This document shows, one piece after another, positions 13,170 through 27,216 of a stretch of DNA of 64,000 nt. Numbering within the stretch: the stretch's first letter is position 1; every line of letters starts with the position of its first letter. Made by a program: the position numbers and the translations under genes. Source of the DNA: Octopus vulgaris (Eukaryota). The stretch covers positions 19,530,001 to 19,594,000 of the forward strand of contig OX597838.1 of NCBI GenBank assembly GCA_951406725.2, written 5' to 3'. Under the pieces are notes generated by a model. The model ran no database searches. It worked only from the letters and a program-made list of their open reading frames with translations, and was not told the DNA's origin.

Positions 13170-13385
13170 TGTATATGTAACCACTTGTGAATCGTGGGCG
13201 ATTTTTTCTTCCATCTTCCTTTTCTATTGGACTTTCTTCTGTCGCCTGTTTCTGAAGAAGAGCTTTGCTCGAAACTTAAAGCCACCAATCTTTCCTTCCC
13301 TGAGCATCTGCTAATACTTTACATGTATCACGTCCTCACGTTGTTTTTTTTGTGTGTTTGTTCTTCGTTTTCTTGGGATTTGCTG
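13170..13385 (+). mobile_element. Short Penelope-type terminal-repeat element with minimal hammerhead-like motif
   Basis: GTTT-CTGAAGA-A-GAGC(ttt)GCTC-GAAACTTA at ~13249-13280, embedded in microsatellite. Homologues at 25310-25485, 35925-36125 and 57670-57800 (- strand). Confidence 0.6.
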
Positions 13386-13436
<51 letters not shown>

Positions 13437-13473
13437 ATACATTCATACATTCATACATTCATACATACATACA

Positions 13474-13504
<31 letters not shown>

Positions 13505-14273
13505 TTATGTGTGGGGGGTCGGTGGGGGATCGGTGTGTGTGTGGTATGCATATATCTATGTGTTTGCCAACCCCCACCCTTCACAACTGCTTGATAACCA
13601 TTGTTGGTTTTTTTACGTCCCCCGTAACATATCAGCTTGGCAAAAAATACCAATAAAATAAACACCAAGCTTTAAAAAAAAAAAGAAAGACAATCAGTCC
13701 TGGGGCCGATTCGTTCGACTAAAACCCTTCAAGGCAGTGCCCCAGCATGGCCGCAGCCCAAAGACTGATACACGTAAAAGATAAATAAAAACATCTTCAG
13801 TCTCTTTTAGTTATGTCATTAATCATTTGCATATAAAATGAGAGCCATTCTTTGACAAAACCAACTGTTTACCTGTAATAGTTCTCTATACAAAAGCACT
13901 TTTAACTATCGTATTCATGGAAAATGCCATCAATAGCACCTAATTTGGAAAGTATTTCTTCCATAGTTTCAATCTGTTTTTCCATAACGAAGGCTATTTG
14001 ACTGTTGGTCGATTCTTTTCGGAGAAGGTTGGACCATTTCAGTAGTACTAGTTTCTTGGTGAAAAATCTTTTCAGAGATAAACTAGTACAAAAACCGATT
14101 GAAGAACCACCAGAACATTTCAAGACTTTCTTGCCTTTTATAATTAGGTTTTTAAATAATGATTCGAATTTTGGCACAACGCCCGCAATTTCAGCGGGGG
14201 TGCGGTGGGGTTTAAGTCGACTACATCGACTCCAGTGTTCAGCTGGGGTACTTATTTTATCGACTCCCGAAAG

Positions 14274-14962
14274 GATGAAGGGCAAAGTCTGATGAAAGGC
14301 AATAATCTGATGAAAGGCAAAGTCTGATGAAAAGCAAAATCCGATGAAAGGCAAAGTCTGATGAAAGGCCAAAGTCTGATGAAAGGCAAAGTCTGGTGAG
14401 AGGCAAAGTCTGATGAAAGGCAAAGTCTGATGAAAGACAAAATCTGATGAAAGGCAAAGTCTGATGAAAGGCAAAGTCTGGTGAGAGGCAAAGTCTGATG
14501 AAAGGCAAAATCTGATGAAAGGCAAAGTCTGATGAAAGGCAAAATCCGATGAAAGGCAAAATCTGATGAAAGACAAAACCTGATGAGAGGCAAAGTCTGA
14601 TGAGAGGCAAAGTCTAATGAAAGGCAAAATTTGATGAAAGGCAAAGTCTAATGAAAGGCAAAATTTGATGAAAGGCAAAATTTGATGAAAGGCAAAATAT
14701 GATGAAAGGCAAAGTCTGATGAAAGGCCAAGTCTGATAAAAGGCAAAATCCGATGAAAGGCAAAATCTGATGAAAGGCAAAATCTGATGAAAGACAAAAC
14801 CTGATGAGAGGCAAAGTCTGATGAGAGGCAAAGTCTAATGAAAGGCAAAGTCTGATGAAAGGCAAAATTTGATGAAAGGCAAAATTTGATGAAAGGCAAA
14901 GGCAAAATCTGATAATAGTCAAAGTCTGATAAAAGGCAAAGTCTTATGAAAGGCAAAATCTA
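14274..14962 (+). repeat. 17-bp minisatellite (TGATGAAAGGCAAAGTC)n, about 40 copies
   Basis: Begins exactly at the GGATGAAAGGCAAAGTC motif of a reverse-oriented SINE family B fragment (14160-14290). Confidence 0.95.
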
Positions 14963-15165
14963 CATGGTCAATTAACAAACAAGAAATTGTGGCCGAATGT
15001 CCCTCAGTTCACGCTGTGTTGTTTTAAAACAAAAGATAAGAACAACGCTTGATGCGGACACAGATAGATAGGCAGCGTATGAGCAAATGATTGGATTGTC
15101 ACGTCCAGAAAGAAGCATTCTGTTGATCGTGGATTTTGCTGCATCAGAACTGCGAGCTAAATGAG

Positions 15166-15522
15166 CAACATCATCACCATCACCATCACCAACACCATCA
15201 AAACCACCACCACCACCACCACCAGCACCACCACCAGCACCACCACCAACACCACCACCACCGCCACCACCACCAACACCACCACCACAACCGCCACCAC
15301 CGCCACCACAACCACCACCACCACAACCATCACCACCACAACCACCACCACTACCCCACCCCACCCCACCCCACTCCACCCCAGCCACCCACCCCACCCC
15401 ACCCCTCCTCCTCCAACCCCCACCACCAACACCACCACAGTCATCGCAAACAATACAAACACCATCACTGCCACCAGCAACAGCTCCACCAGCACCACGA
15501 CAACCACGACGACCACCACCAC
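15166..15522. repeat. (CAC)n low-complexity tract
   Basis: Direct reading. Confidence 0.9.
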
Positions 15523-15850
15523 AAATAATCAATATCATTGTCACAACCTCTCGCCCCGGTCCCACGATTAACATATGGTGAATATCACTGATAGGAATCT
15601 CAGTAAATAATCCATACATTTACAGCTATATATATATACATACACACGCACACACACACACCCATATATATATATAGGGAGGGAGAGAGAAAGAGAGAGA
15701 GAGGGGGGAGGGAGAGAGAAAGAGAGAGAGAGGGGGGAGGGAGAGAGAGAGAAACAGACAGACAGACAGAATGAAGAATAGATGTATTGGCTCCTTTCAG
15801 CTGCCATCTTCCCATCCACTTACTGCTTTCTTCTATGATCTTTTGTGAAC

Positions 15851-15923
<73 letters not shown>

Positions 15924-16179
15924 GATCACCACCACTTTGTAATCTCCCCTTCTCCCTAGCACTCCCATGTGACCCTTCTGTCCGGCCCTCGCTATGATAG
16001 ATCGCTAGCCACTACACATTCTTTATTTTCTCTCCTTGTTTTTTTCTGTGCTCCTTTCTGTGGAAGAGCGTAGGCTCGAAATGCTAAAGACTTTTTCACT
16101 TCCCGAGCGTTATACTAATACAGCTGTTTGTTGTCTAAACCACCTGTCTTCGTCTTTTTTTTTTTTTTGTGAATTCTCC

Positions 16180-16243
<64 letters not shown>

Positions 16244-16335
16244 GAGTAAGCACATAAATGTGAAACAAGGTGGAAAAAAGAGTACTCAAATACCAGAGAT
16301 AGAGTAATATGCTTTATTTAAAAGCAGCAGAAATG

Positions 16336-16390
16336 TAACAAAAGCTGATACTCAGAGTTTCACGTTCCCGTTCGTCGGCCAGTTTTGTTA
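16336..16390 (-). ncRNA. Type I hammerhead ribozyme motif (U4C core variant)
   Basis: TAACAAAACTGG-CCGACGA-ACG(ggaa)CGT-GAAA-CTC(t)GAG-TA-TCAG(c)TTTTGTTA, with a GUA cleavage triplet. Degenerate homologue at ~7855-7905. Confidence 0.6.
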
Positions 16391-16449
16391 AAATATATAT
16401 ACATATGTGTGTATGTATGTATGTATGTATGTATGTATGTATGTATGTA

Positions 16450-16848
16450 TGGCTGTGTGGTAAGTAGCTTGCTTACCATCCACATGGTTCTGGGTTCAGT
16501 CCCATTGCGTGGCACCTTGGGCAAGTGTCTTCTACTATAGCCTCGGGCCGACCAAAGCCTTGTGAGTGGATTTGGTAGACGGAAACTGAATGAAGCCCGT
16601 CGTATATATGTATACATATGTGTGTATGTGTTTGCGTGTCCGTGTTTGTCCCCCCAACATCGCTTGACAACCGATGCTGGTGTGTTTACGTACCCGTAAC
16701 TTAGCGGTTCGGCAAAATTAACCGATAGAATAAGTACTAGGTTACAAAGAATCAGTCCTAGGGTCGATTTGCTCGGCTAAAGGCGGTGCTCCAGCATGGC
16801 CGCAGTTAAATGACTGAAACAAGTAAAAGAGTAAAAGGGTAAAAAGAG
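16450..16848 (+). mobile_element. SINE family A
   Basis: Colinear with 22999-23412; a second tail copy follows at ~16940-17130. Confidence 0.85.
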
Positions 16849-16872
16849 AATATATATATACACACACACACA

Positions 16873-16922
<50 letters not shown>

Positions 16923-17918
16923 CCGATGCTGGTGTGCATGACAACCGATGCTGGTTTGGTTATGTCCCAGTAACAGCGGTTCAGCAAAAGAGACCGATAG
17001 AATAAGTACTAGGTTTACAAAGAATAAAGTTCTGGGAGTGCGGGGTCGATTTCTTTGACTAAAATACCCTTTGAGGCGGTGCTCCAGCATGGCCGCAGTC
17101 AAATGCCCGGAACAAGTGAAAGAATGAGAGAATATATATATATACAAGCTTTTATCTCTAGACTTCTTTAATCAATCTTTGATGCGCCTCTTTTCCCTTT
17201 CATTCGTTACGCTGATCCTTTAGAAATATCCTCTCTTTCGTTTCCCTACCTCCCGTGTCCCGAAATCCTCTCCCCTTCCACATATTTCCCCACGCCTTTT
17301 TCCCCCTTCAAGTACATCCACGCTTTCTTTCTTTCTCTCTCTCACACACATACATACTTTCACTTTCTCCTCCCCGTATTTCACTCTTACTTCTACTGCT
17401 ACTGTAACTATTACTAACTGCTACTCTCTGTATCCATCCATATATCTCCTTCTCCGCCTCACTCACTCTCTTATCAATCCATTTACTTTCTACTTCCCTC
17501 TGTCAATCGTTCTTCGGTCTCATCGCTTCTCTCTTTTTTTTTTTTTTGTTATTCACCTTCCTCTCTCGCCACCTCCCTCTTCCTCTTTCTTGTTTATACC
17601 TCCCTCCCTTCCTTTTTCCTCCTCGCTGTCACCCCCTCTCTCCCCTTCTTTACGTCCCCTTCTCTTTCACTCTCCACCTTACGCTGCTCCTCCCTCCTCG
17701 AACTCCGTACATATTACAATCGTCCCCCTCCTTACACCTCCTCACCCAAATCCGCATTCAAACACTACAACCCCACTTCCACTTTCACGCACACGCACGC
17801 GACCATAACGGACGCACGCACACACACACACACTCATACACAGACACGTATACATATACAGAATTATTCTGACATGAACACAGACACGCACACGTGTGCT
17901 GACAGACACAAGCAGATA

Positions 17919-17958
<40 letters not shown>

Positions 17959-18863
17959 CACATACACCTATAATCCTGCTGTCTGTCTGTCTCTCTCACC
18001 CCGTCTCCATCACATACACATATACTTTTTTCTATAACACACACACACATACACCTTCGTATATATACACACATACATCCTCCTCCTCCCTTTCTCTCAC
18101 ACATCTTCTTCCTCCTATCACACACACACACACACACACACATACACACACACAATCATAAACCTTCCTCCTCCTTCTCCTCCCTACGACACATCCGTGC
18201 CGCCCTCTCTCTCTGACTTCTTAACCTTTACTTCTGGGGAAACATTAACCTTCCTCACCCTTTCACCTCTCCGCCCATTACTCCTACCGTCTTCCTCCCT
18301 TCCTCCCTTTTAAACGCTTTCTACCTTAAACCTCTTACCACCATAATCATCATCGTCCCCATCTCCACCACCTCTACCTGCAAAATCTACCACTCTCCCA
18401 CCACCACCACCGTTATTCCATCAACACGCTTTTCCTCCCCCACGCCACCATTTACACAACCTCGTTATATCTTATCACCCTCTTTCTATTCCCACCGCCA
18501 CCACCACCACTATTAACACACCACCGCCGCCACCACCGCTACATCACTTCTTTTGACACTTCGATTTCTCGCCTATGTGACAGGTTAAGAGAGGTGGTTG
18601 TAAGAATATGGGGAAATAGGATACTTGGAGAGAGAGAGAGAGAGAAAGTGAGAGACGAAAAGAGTGAGAGTGAGAGAGAGAGAGGGGGGAAAGAGAGAGA
18701 GAGAGAGTAGGAGAAAGGGAAAGAGGAACAAGACTGATAGGGAGAATAAAAGCAGGAGAAATGAAAGGGAGTGAGAGAGAAAGGGAGGAAAGAAGTCGAA
18801 AGGTAAAAGATGGTGGAATGGAGAGAAAGAGAGAAAAGAAAATGTAAGCGGAATGGAAATAAG

Positions 18864-18895
<32 letters not shown>

Positions 18896-18974
18896 GGGAG
18901 AGAGGGGAAGGAGAAGCAGAGAGAAATATAGATATATAGAATGAGGTATATATCAATGTATATATTGCCCTCTT

Positions 18975-19310
<336 letters not shown>

Positions 19311-20476
19311 TAAAAGAAAGACAGAAAGAATTATAGAAAGAAAGGTTATATTTTCTTCTTCCCTCGAGAAGTCTTATGCTAGAGTAATGTCTAAAAGTGC
19401 TTTTATGGTTTGTTTCTGTAGTCGCTAGGTTTTTTTGCTGTTGCAATTGTTTGCTGTTGTTCGCTGTTGTTCGCTATTTGCTGCTCTTCTCCATGTTGTT
19501 AGCGTTGCTGATGTAGTTTCTTCGTTGTTCGATGTTGCTGTTGCTTGTTGTTTCTTGTTTGTTGTGGCTGTTTGCTCCTGCTGTTGATTGTTCTACAGAC
19601 TGGAGCTCTGAAATCCGGCATTCCTTGCCCAGTAGCTCATATAATCCGGCACGCTTTAGTTAATACTGTCATTAATTCGTGGCTTCGACACCAGGGCGGC
19701 ACTGTTAGCAGCTCTAAGCCGCCAGAGCTTCTTTACTGCCTCCGAACTGTTTTAGTGATAAACTCCTTTCTCGTTTCTGATATTTTGCTGGGTCTTAAAC
19801 CCTTCAGGATGTCATCCAAAAGATTAAGGGGTTCAAATGACAGTGCTAGTTATAATAAGGGTACTGCATACAGTGAACCTTCAGCGGATGTTCACTTTTA
19901 GCTCTTTACTTGTTTCAGTCCTTGAACTGAAGCCATGCTGGAGCACCGCTTTGAAGAATTTTTAGTTGAAAGAATCGATCCTAGTATTTATTTATTTGTT
20001 TAACCTTGTACTTATTACCTCCGCCAAAGAATGAGGTGGTGTTTTCATTGGCGTTGGTTTGTCCGACTGTGTGCAAAATAACTCAAAAAGTTGTGAACCG
20101 TATTTGATGAAACTTGCAAGAAAAGTTGGTAATGACACAAGGAACAGATGATGAAATTTTGGTAGTGATCCAGGAATTTTTATGGATTCTTGAAGGATTT
20201 TTCATTTGTTATATTTACTTTACATGAAGTATTACAATGTTATGCTCTTTGATTATCTCCCTTGAAAACACATCGTTTCTGCGTAACCTATGGTGGCGTT
20301 GCTGTTTAGAGACAGTGTTGATGATGACGATGGTCGAGATAAGAATGGGAGGAGGATAAAATAGTATCGGTGGTTATAATGGCGACAGGAGCGGTGTGAT
20401 GTGTGATGCTGAGGTGATGGTGGAAATAGTGGTGTTGATGATAGTGGTAGTTGTGTGATGGTGGTATTGCAGTGGT

Positions 20477-20712
20477 AAGGCGGCGAACTGGCAGAAACGT
20501 TAGCACGCCGGGCGAAATGCTTAGCGGTATTTCGTCTGTGTTACGTTGTGAGTTCAAATTCCGCCGAGGTCAACTTTGCCTTTCATCCTTTCGGGGTCGA
20601 TAAATTAAGTACCAGTTACGCACTGGGGTCGATGTAATCGACTTAATACCTATGTCTGTCCTTGTTTGTCCCCTCTGTGTTTAGCCCCTTGTGGGTAATA
20701 AAGAAATAGGTA
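20477..20712 (+). mobile_element. SINE family B, full copy
   Basis: Family head and core. GGTATTGCAG occurs on both sides (possible target-site duplication). Confidence 0.85.
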
Positions 20713-21241
20713 TTGCAGCGGTTTTACTGGTTGCGGTGGTGAAAGTGACTGTCAAGGTAACCGTCATGATAACATTGATGGCGGTGTGTGTGTGGTTGAA
20801 GTGGAAGCAATGGCAATGGTGCTGATGATGTTGGTGGTTGTGAACTGCTTCAGCTGATTTCTGTTTTTAAAGGGATTTTTTTCTCCTTAGAATCATATGG
20901 CTGCGTTATTTTTTAACCCATGCCAAGGAGGTTATGTTTTTGCCGGTGTTGATTTGGGAAACTGGGCGATTTTCAGCATGCGTGTACATGGGTGGAAATG
21001 AGCTGCTTGGCTGTGAGAGGAATATGTTGAATAAAATCTTAATTAACTGGTCCTCCTGTATTTTCTTTTACCCAAAGCCAGGTACTTTCGCAGTTTAAGA
21101 TTGCCTTTCTGAGGATACAGCGACCGAAACCAGAGCTTCAACCATTTCTAGTTATATCTGTGTCTGTTGCCGAACGGAGTCGTAAATAAACTAACACTGA
21201 TTGTCAAGCACACACACACACACACAGAGACACACACACAG

Positions 21242-21306
<65 letters not shown>

Positions 21307-21368
21307 CACACACACTTAAAAATATATAATAGATGTCAACGACGGAGGCAGCGTTATTATGAAATGCC

Positions 21369-21441
<73 letters not shown>

Positions 21442-21481
21442 GTGTGTGGCTGATAACGCAGATATTGCAGTAATTCTGACA

Positions 21482-21695
21482 TACGAGAGGATGTTGAAAA
21501 GTTCCTGGCTTTAAAGGTGTCGCGAAAGACCTGGTTGGAGGCCCAACCTTCCGAGTATTTTTTAAACAGGGCTTAGAAAAACTGAAGGAGGGCTGCAAAA
21601 AGTCTGTGAATCTGAGAGGTGAATATGTTCAATAAAATCATAATTAACTGATCCTCCTGTATTTTCTTTTACCCAAAGCCAGGAACTTTCGCAGT
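21482..21695 (+). mobile_element. Mariner-derived MITE remnant; its right part is duplicated at ~21013-21148
   Basis: Inverted AAAGTTCCTGGCTTT / AAAGCCAGGAACTTT. Internal FFKQGLEKLKEGCKKSVNLRGEYVQ* is a mariner C-terminus. Confidence 0.65.
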
Positions 21696-22364
21696 TTCAG
21701 ATTGCCTTTCTGAGGAAACAGCGACCGAAACCAGAGCTTCAACCATTTATTAGCGTTCAAGGTTTTATTGAAAATGTTGATAAATCTGTCTACTATGGCT
21801 TGTGCATGCTTCGGAAGTTCAGCAGAGATGTTGTCGGCTCCAAATCTTCGCAGAAGACTTTAGTGGGCCCACGGCTATGGGAGAAACACTTACCCATTGT
21901 ATCATACACTGCAATTGAACCTGGAACGAAGTCGTTGGGAGACACACAGTCGCGCTTGAAAATTCTTTTCTATTCTAGGCACAAGGCACGAAATTTTGGG
22001 TAAGGGGCCAGTCAATTAGATCGCCCCAGTACGCAACTGATACTTAATTTATCGAGCGGATGAAAGGCGAAGTCGACCTCGGTGGAATTTGAACTCAGAA
22101 CGTAAAGACAGATGAAATACTGCGCAGCATTTCGTCCGGTGCGCTAACGTTTCTGCCAGCTCGCCGCTTTCATGAAATAATTATTGACCCCAGAATGGTT
22201 GTGTGGTAAGCAGTTCGCTTTGCGACCACGCGGTTTCGAGTTCAATTTCCTATTATTGCCCAGAGCCAACCAATATTTTGTGAGACAATTGCGTAGACGG
22301 AAACTGCGTGGAAACCTGCCACAGAAATGTGTGTGTGTGTGTGTGTGTGTATGTTTGTCCTCGC

Positions 22365-22675
22365 GTGGCTGAGTGGTTAGGGTATTCGGCTCAAGATCGT
22401 AAGGTCGTGATTTCGATTCCCAGCGGCGCGCTGTGTCCTTGAGCAGGACACTTTATTTCTAGTTGCTCCAGTCCACTCAGCTGGCAAATATTAAGTACCA
22501 GTATTTCAAATGGGCCAACGTTATCACATTCTGTGTCAGGCTGAATATCCCTGAGAACTACGTTAAAGGTACACGTGTAAGTGGCGGAGTACTCAGCCAC
22601 TTTCGCGTTAATTTCACGAGCTGGTTGTTCCGTTGATCGGATCAACTGGAACCCTCGACGTCGAAACCGACTGAG
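22365..22675 (+). mobile_element. SINE family D (tRNA head, CORE-like CCTTGAGCAxGACAC)
   Basis: A box TGGCTGAGTGG and B-box-like TTTCGATTCCC. Homologue at 50520-50833 (-). Confidence 0.75.
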
Positions 22676-22998
22676 CGCCAGTCACCACCGCTAGACAACC
22701 AGTGCTGGCTTGTTTACGTCCCTGTAACCAAGCGGTTCGGTAAAAGATATCGATAGGATACTCACCAGACTTAAAAATAAGCATTGGAATCGATTTGTTC
22801 GATTAAATCTTTGAAGGATTTCCAATGACTGAAACACATGAAAGATAAAAGAAAGGTCTTTGTAAAATGAGATTGTATGACTATGTTTAGTAAGGGACTC
22901 TCCTTAGAGGACAGTTTCTGTGGTATTTCTCGTAGACCGGCAATGACTATATGGCAAGGTTGCCGAATTTAAGGGTTCCAAACGGAATCACCGCATAT

Positions 22999-23412
22999 AG
23001 GCGCAGGAGTGGCTGTGTGGTAAGTAGCTTGCTAACCAACCACATGGTTCCGGGTTCAGTCCCACTGCGTGGCATCTTGGGCAAGTGTCTTCTGCTATAG
23101 CCCCGGGCCGACCAATGCCTTGTGAGTGGATTTGGTAGACGGAAACTGAAAGAAGCCTGTCGTATATATGTATATATATATATGTATGTGTGTGTGTTTG
23201 TGTGTCTGTGTTTGTTCCCCTAGCATTGCTTGACAACCGATGCTGGTGTGTTTACGTCCCCGTCACTTAGCGGTTCGGCAAAAAGAGACCGATAGAATAA
23301 GTACTGGGCTTACAAAAAGAATGAGTCCCGGGGTCGAGTTGCTCGACTAAAAGGCGGTGCTCCAGCATGGCCGCAGTCAAAATGACTGAAACAAGTAAAA
23401 GAATAAAAGAAT
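22999..23412 (+). mobile_element. SINE family A, full copy
   Basis: AGGCGCAGGAGTGGCTGTGTGG head, internal TA/TG microsatellite and A-rich tail. Confidence 0.9.
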
Positions 23413-23511
23413 AAATACCATTTAGTTTGCCACTTTGAGTTAAAAGACCTCCATACAGGGATTCCTGTTTTCTTCTTTGTTTCAATTTCGTTCAGTATTT
23501 TTATCCGTTTT

Positions 23512-24056
23512 AAGGCGGCGAGCTGGTGGAGACGTTAGCACGCCGGGCGAAATGCGTAGCCGTATTTCGTCCGCCGCTACGTTCTGAGTTCAAATTCCGC
23601 CGAGGTCGACTTTGCTTTTCATCCTTTCGGGGTCGATTAAATAAGTACCAGTTACGCACTGGGGTCGATATAAACGACTTAATCCGTTTGTCTGTCCTTG
23701 TTTGTCCTCTCTGTGTTTAGCCCCTTGTGGGTAGTAAAGAAATAGGTATTTCGTCTGCCGCTACGTTCTGAGTTCAAATTCCGTCGAGGTCGACTTTGCC
23801 TTTCATCCTTTCGGGGTCGATTAAATAAGTACCATTTACGCACTGGGGTCGATGTAATCGACTTAATCCGTTTGTCTGTCCTTGTTTGTCCACTCTGTGT
23901 TTAGCTCCTTGTTGGTAGTAAAGAAATAGGTATTTCGTCTGCCGTTACGTTCTGAGTTCAAATTCCGCTGAGGTCGACTTTGCCTTTCATCCTTTCGGGG
24001 TCGATTAAATAAGTACCCAAATTTCGGGTCTTGTGCCTAGAGTAGAAAAGAATATT
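23512..24056 (+). repeat. SINE family B with tandem ~184-bp body repeats
   Basis: GTATTTCGTC..TACGTTCTGAGTTCAAATTCCG occurs three times. Confidence 0.85.
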
Positions 24057-24220
24057 TTTATCCGATTTGCTTGTCTTTTTTGCATTGGAAATAGATGGTG
24101 GAAGGCAATGGAAGAAATAGGAAGGGACAAAAGAGAAGTGGAAAAGACAGGGCATCGAGGTTGTTTTCTTTCTTTTTTTTTCTAGTTTTTATCACCTCTG
24201 CCTTAGCCAGGCCTTACATT

Positions 24221-24549
24221 TAACAAGAACACCCAGAAAGCGCAAACCTCCGCCAAAGCAACGCCAACGTCCTCTCAACGATTAGCCAGAGAGAATTTTT
24301 TAAATGAGAATATCTGAAATAAATTCGACTGCTCTTACAAACGAGAGTACTAAAAATGAACCCGGCCGTTCTCAAAAGTTAAGTAAAAAGAGCGGAAAAT
24401 AATCCAGAATCCCTATCCGGTAACGAATCGATCCCAAAATCTAATCAGTTCGTGCCAGTTACGAGACCAAACATCCCTGAAAATTTCATCCAAAACCATC
24501 CTGTGGTTCTTGAGATATCTTGTCCACGGACAAACAAACACGGCTGAAG

Positions 24550-24550
<1 letters not shown>
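24221..24550. mobile_element. HINE-like element, second copy
   Basis: Colinear with 2394-2768. Confidence 0.65.
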
Positions 24551-24616
<66 letters not shown>

Positions 24617-24619
<3 letters not shown>

Positions 24620-24905
24620 TTCGGGCAGCGGACTCGTGGTCGTAGGATCGCGGTTTCGATTCCCAGACCGGGAGTTGTGAGTGTTTATTGAGCGAAAACA
24701 CCTAAAAGCTCCACGAGCCTCCAGCAGGGGGGGGGGGGTGATCCCTGCTGTACTCTCTCACCACTCTTTCTCCCACTCTTTCCTCTGTTGGCCTGCTCGC
24801 TTAGCCAGCGGGGTGGCGTCATTGAAAGGCTAAAACAATGCGAACGCATTGTGACCAGCGATGTGTAACAACATTTGATGGTCTGGTCGGTCATGTGATC
24901 ATGTG
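24617..24905 (+). mobile_element. SINE family C, 5'-clipped, in a (TA)n tract
   Basis: Colinear with 10380-10680. Confidence 0.85.
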
Positions 24906-25218
24906 TGATATATATATATATATAATATATATATAATACAAAATGGGACAAGAACGCAAAACATCCGGACAACTAGGTGATACAAAAGGGGCCAACAAAA
25001 CATTGAGATAGACGATACAAAAAAAAATAAAACACGGACGAGTCATTCGAAGCCTTTTATCTTCAGTCAAGAACCGGATCATCCTCGCAATTTCGGCTGA
25101 TTAATCTTGAGATTGCTCCAACGTTAAATCCTCCTTTTTTCTTTCCTTTCCTGAGCGTCCAATAACACTATACTTGCTCCACGTCCACGCTTTGTTGTGT
25201 TTTCATGTTTGGATTAAC

Positions 25219-25252
<34 letters not shown>

Positions 25253-25309
25253 AGTGTGTGTGTGTGTGTATCTATAAATATATATATATAGTTAATCCAA
25301 ACATGAAAG

Positions 25310-25485
25310 CACAAAAAAAAAAAAACACAACAACGCGAGGACGTGGAACAAATATGGTATTATTGGACGCTCAGGAAAGAAGGAAAGAAGGAGGGTTTAA
25401 CGTTTCGAGCGGAGCTCTTCGTCGGAAACATAGGAGAAGGAAAGATCCAGAGAAGGGAAGACAGAGGAAAAAAAATCGCCAAATA
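25310..25485 (-). mobile_element. Short Penelope-type element with minimal hammerhead-like motif (25395-25429, CCGACGA core)
   Basis: GTTT-CCGACGA-A-GAGC(tcc)GCTC-GAAA-CG-TT-AAAC. A partial inverted copy lies at 25121-25218. Confidence 0.6.
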
Positions 25486-26887
25486 CACACACATATATAT
25501 ATATATATACATATATAGGCACATATATGTATATATATATGTACATATATATGCACATACATACATAAATATCAAATTCATATTTATATTATTTCACTTT
25601 ATATCATATAATCCGAAACTACTCCGAGTTTCTCCTTGGGAGTGGTTTCCTGGAGATGCCGATCATACAACTCCATATATGGGCCTCTGTTAGTCAAGAT
25701 TTCCATGATATTGCCATATATGTATAAGAACATGCTTGTGTGTGTGTGTGTGTATGTATTGTGTTCGTCTATGCGAACGTCGGTAAGAAAGACTGCGTGT
25801 AAAGATTGCCTGACAGCTGCCTGGCCGACAGATTGACTGACTGACTGACTGGCTGGCTGGTTGGTGTGTTGGTTGGTAGGCTGGTTGGCGGGCTGGTTGG
25901 CTGGCTGGCTGAATGACTGGCTTGTCCAATATCTGAAAGCTTTTGTGACAAGAGCAAGCAAAACCAAGCAGAGGTCAAAGCAGCTGACCTCAGTCGGATA
26001 CATATGACGGCGGGGAGGGAGGGGGGGAGGGAGAGAGAGGAGGAAGGGAGTGAAGGAAGAAAAGCTGTGAAAGCTCCGATAAGCAAGATGACTTCAGCTG
26101 TTTTGAAAAATGTTCAGCATTCTTCTTTCTGTCTGTGCGTGATTTTAAGAGCAATTTTTCCTTCCATCACCCCCCCCGCCACCACCACACATATCTATCG
26201 TAAAGGAAGATGAATTTAGAAGAGAGAAACATGAACGATACTGAGATGAAGCGTGAGAGAGAGAAAGAAAGAAAGAAAGAAAGAAAGAAAGGAAGGAAGA
26301 AAGAGAGAGAGAGAGAGAGATAGAGTGAAAAGAGGAGAAGGCGAGTTAGATTTTCTTGCTGAGACAAGAAAACTGGCTAATCAACGAAAGCGTTCCTCCA
26401 TTTTTTCTCTACCGCTTCTTCTGCCATCTTGCTGCGTTCGGCAAAGATCTTTTTCATCTTTCTAGAAAATACTCATGCCTGCTTGCTGTGCTGTTGCATA
26501 CAACAAACAGCAGCATCAAAACTCTCTCTTTCTCTCTCTCTCTCCCCCCATCTCTCTCTCTATCTATCTATATATCGCTTTCTTTCTCTTTTTCTCTTGC
26601 TGTCTTCATTCTCTTGCTCTCTCCGACTCAGTTTTTTTTATTCATCATCTCATTCTCTTTAAGCATAGTTTCTTTTTAGCTGTCTATCTATCTATCTATC
26701 CGTTTCTCCTTCTACACGTCTACCTATCTACCTTACGCTCTCCTTATATACCTACATTCCTACCTATCCATTGATCTATCTCCCCACCACCTATCTCTAT
26801 GTATGTACTTATCTATCTATCTATATCTCTATCGATCTACCTGCCTATCTATGTACCATCGCACTCACCCTTACTCTCTTTCCTTCT

Positions 26888-26889
<2 letters not shown>

Positions 26890-26918
<29 letters not shown>

Positions 26919-26944
26919 TATCTATCCATCCATCTATCTATCTG

Positions 26945-27018
<74 letters not shown>

Positions 27019-27023
27019 CATCC

Positions 27024-27091
<68 letters not shown>

Positions 27092-27148
27092 GTCTATCTA
27101 TCTATCAATCAATCAATCTATCTATCTATCTGTCTGTCTATCTATCTG

Positions 27149-27215
<67 letters not shown>
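26890..27215. repeat. (TCTA)n microsatellite
   Basis: Direct reading. Confidence 0.95.

Positions 27216-27216
<1 letters not shown>

Noticed and set aside
13902-14956. 309-aa ORF and overlapping ORFs with FHQ/LSSDF repeats
   Set aside because: Produced by the 17-bp minisatellite. The unique 3' part (13902-14135) has no recognisable domain.
14274-14962. Possible CRISPR-like or multi-hammerhead array
   Set aside because: There are no unique spacers and the context is eukaryotic. CTGATGA is present, but without stem II/GAAA/stem III geometry.
19585-19790. GC-richer unique stretch, possible exon
   Set aside because: No recognisable protein in any frame and no clear splice pair.
22988-23236. 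Recurrent small ORFs ending in ...EDTCPRCHAVGLNPEPCGW
   Set aside because: Antisense translations of SINE family A, repeated at every copy.
25970-25992. AGGTCA-n7-TGACCT inverted nuclear-receptor half-sites
   Set aside because: A single short motif can arise by chance in 64 kb, and there is no linked gene to support it.
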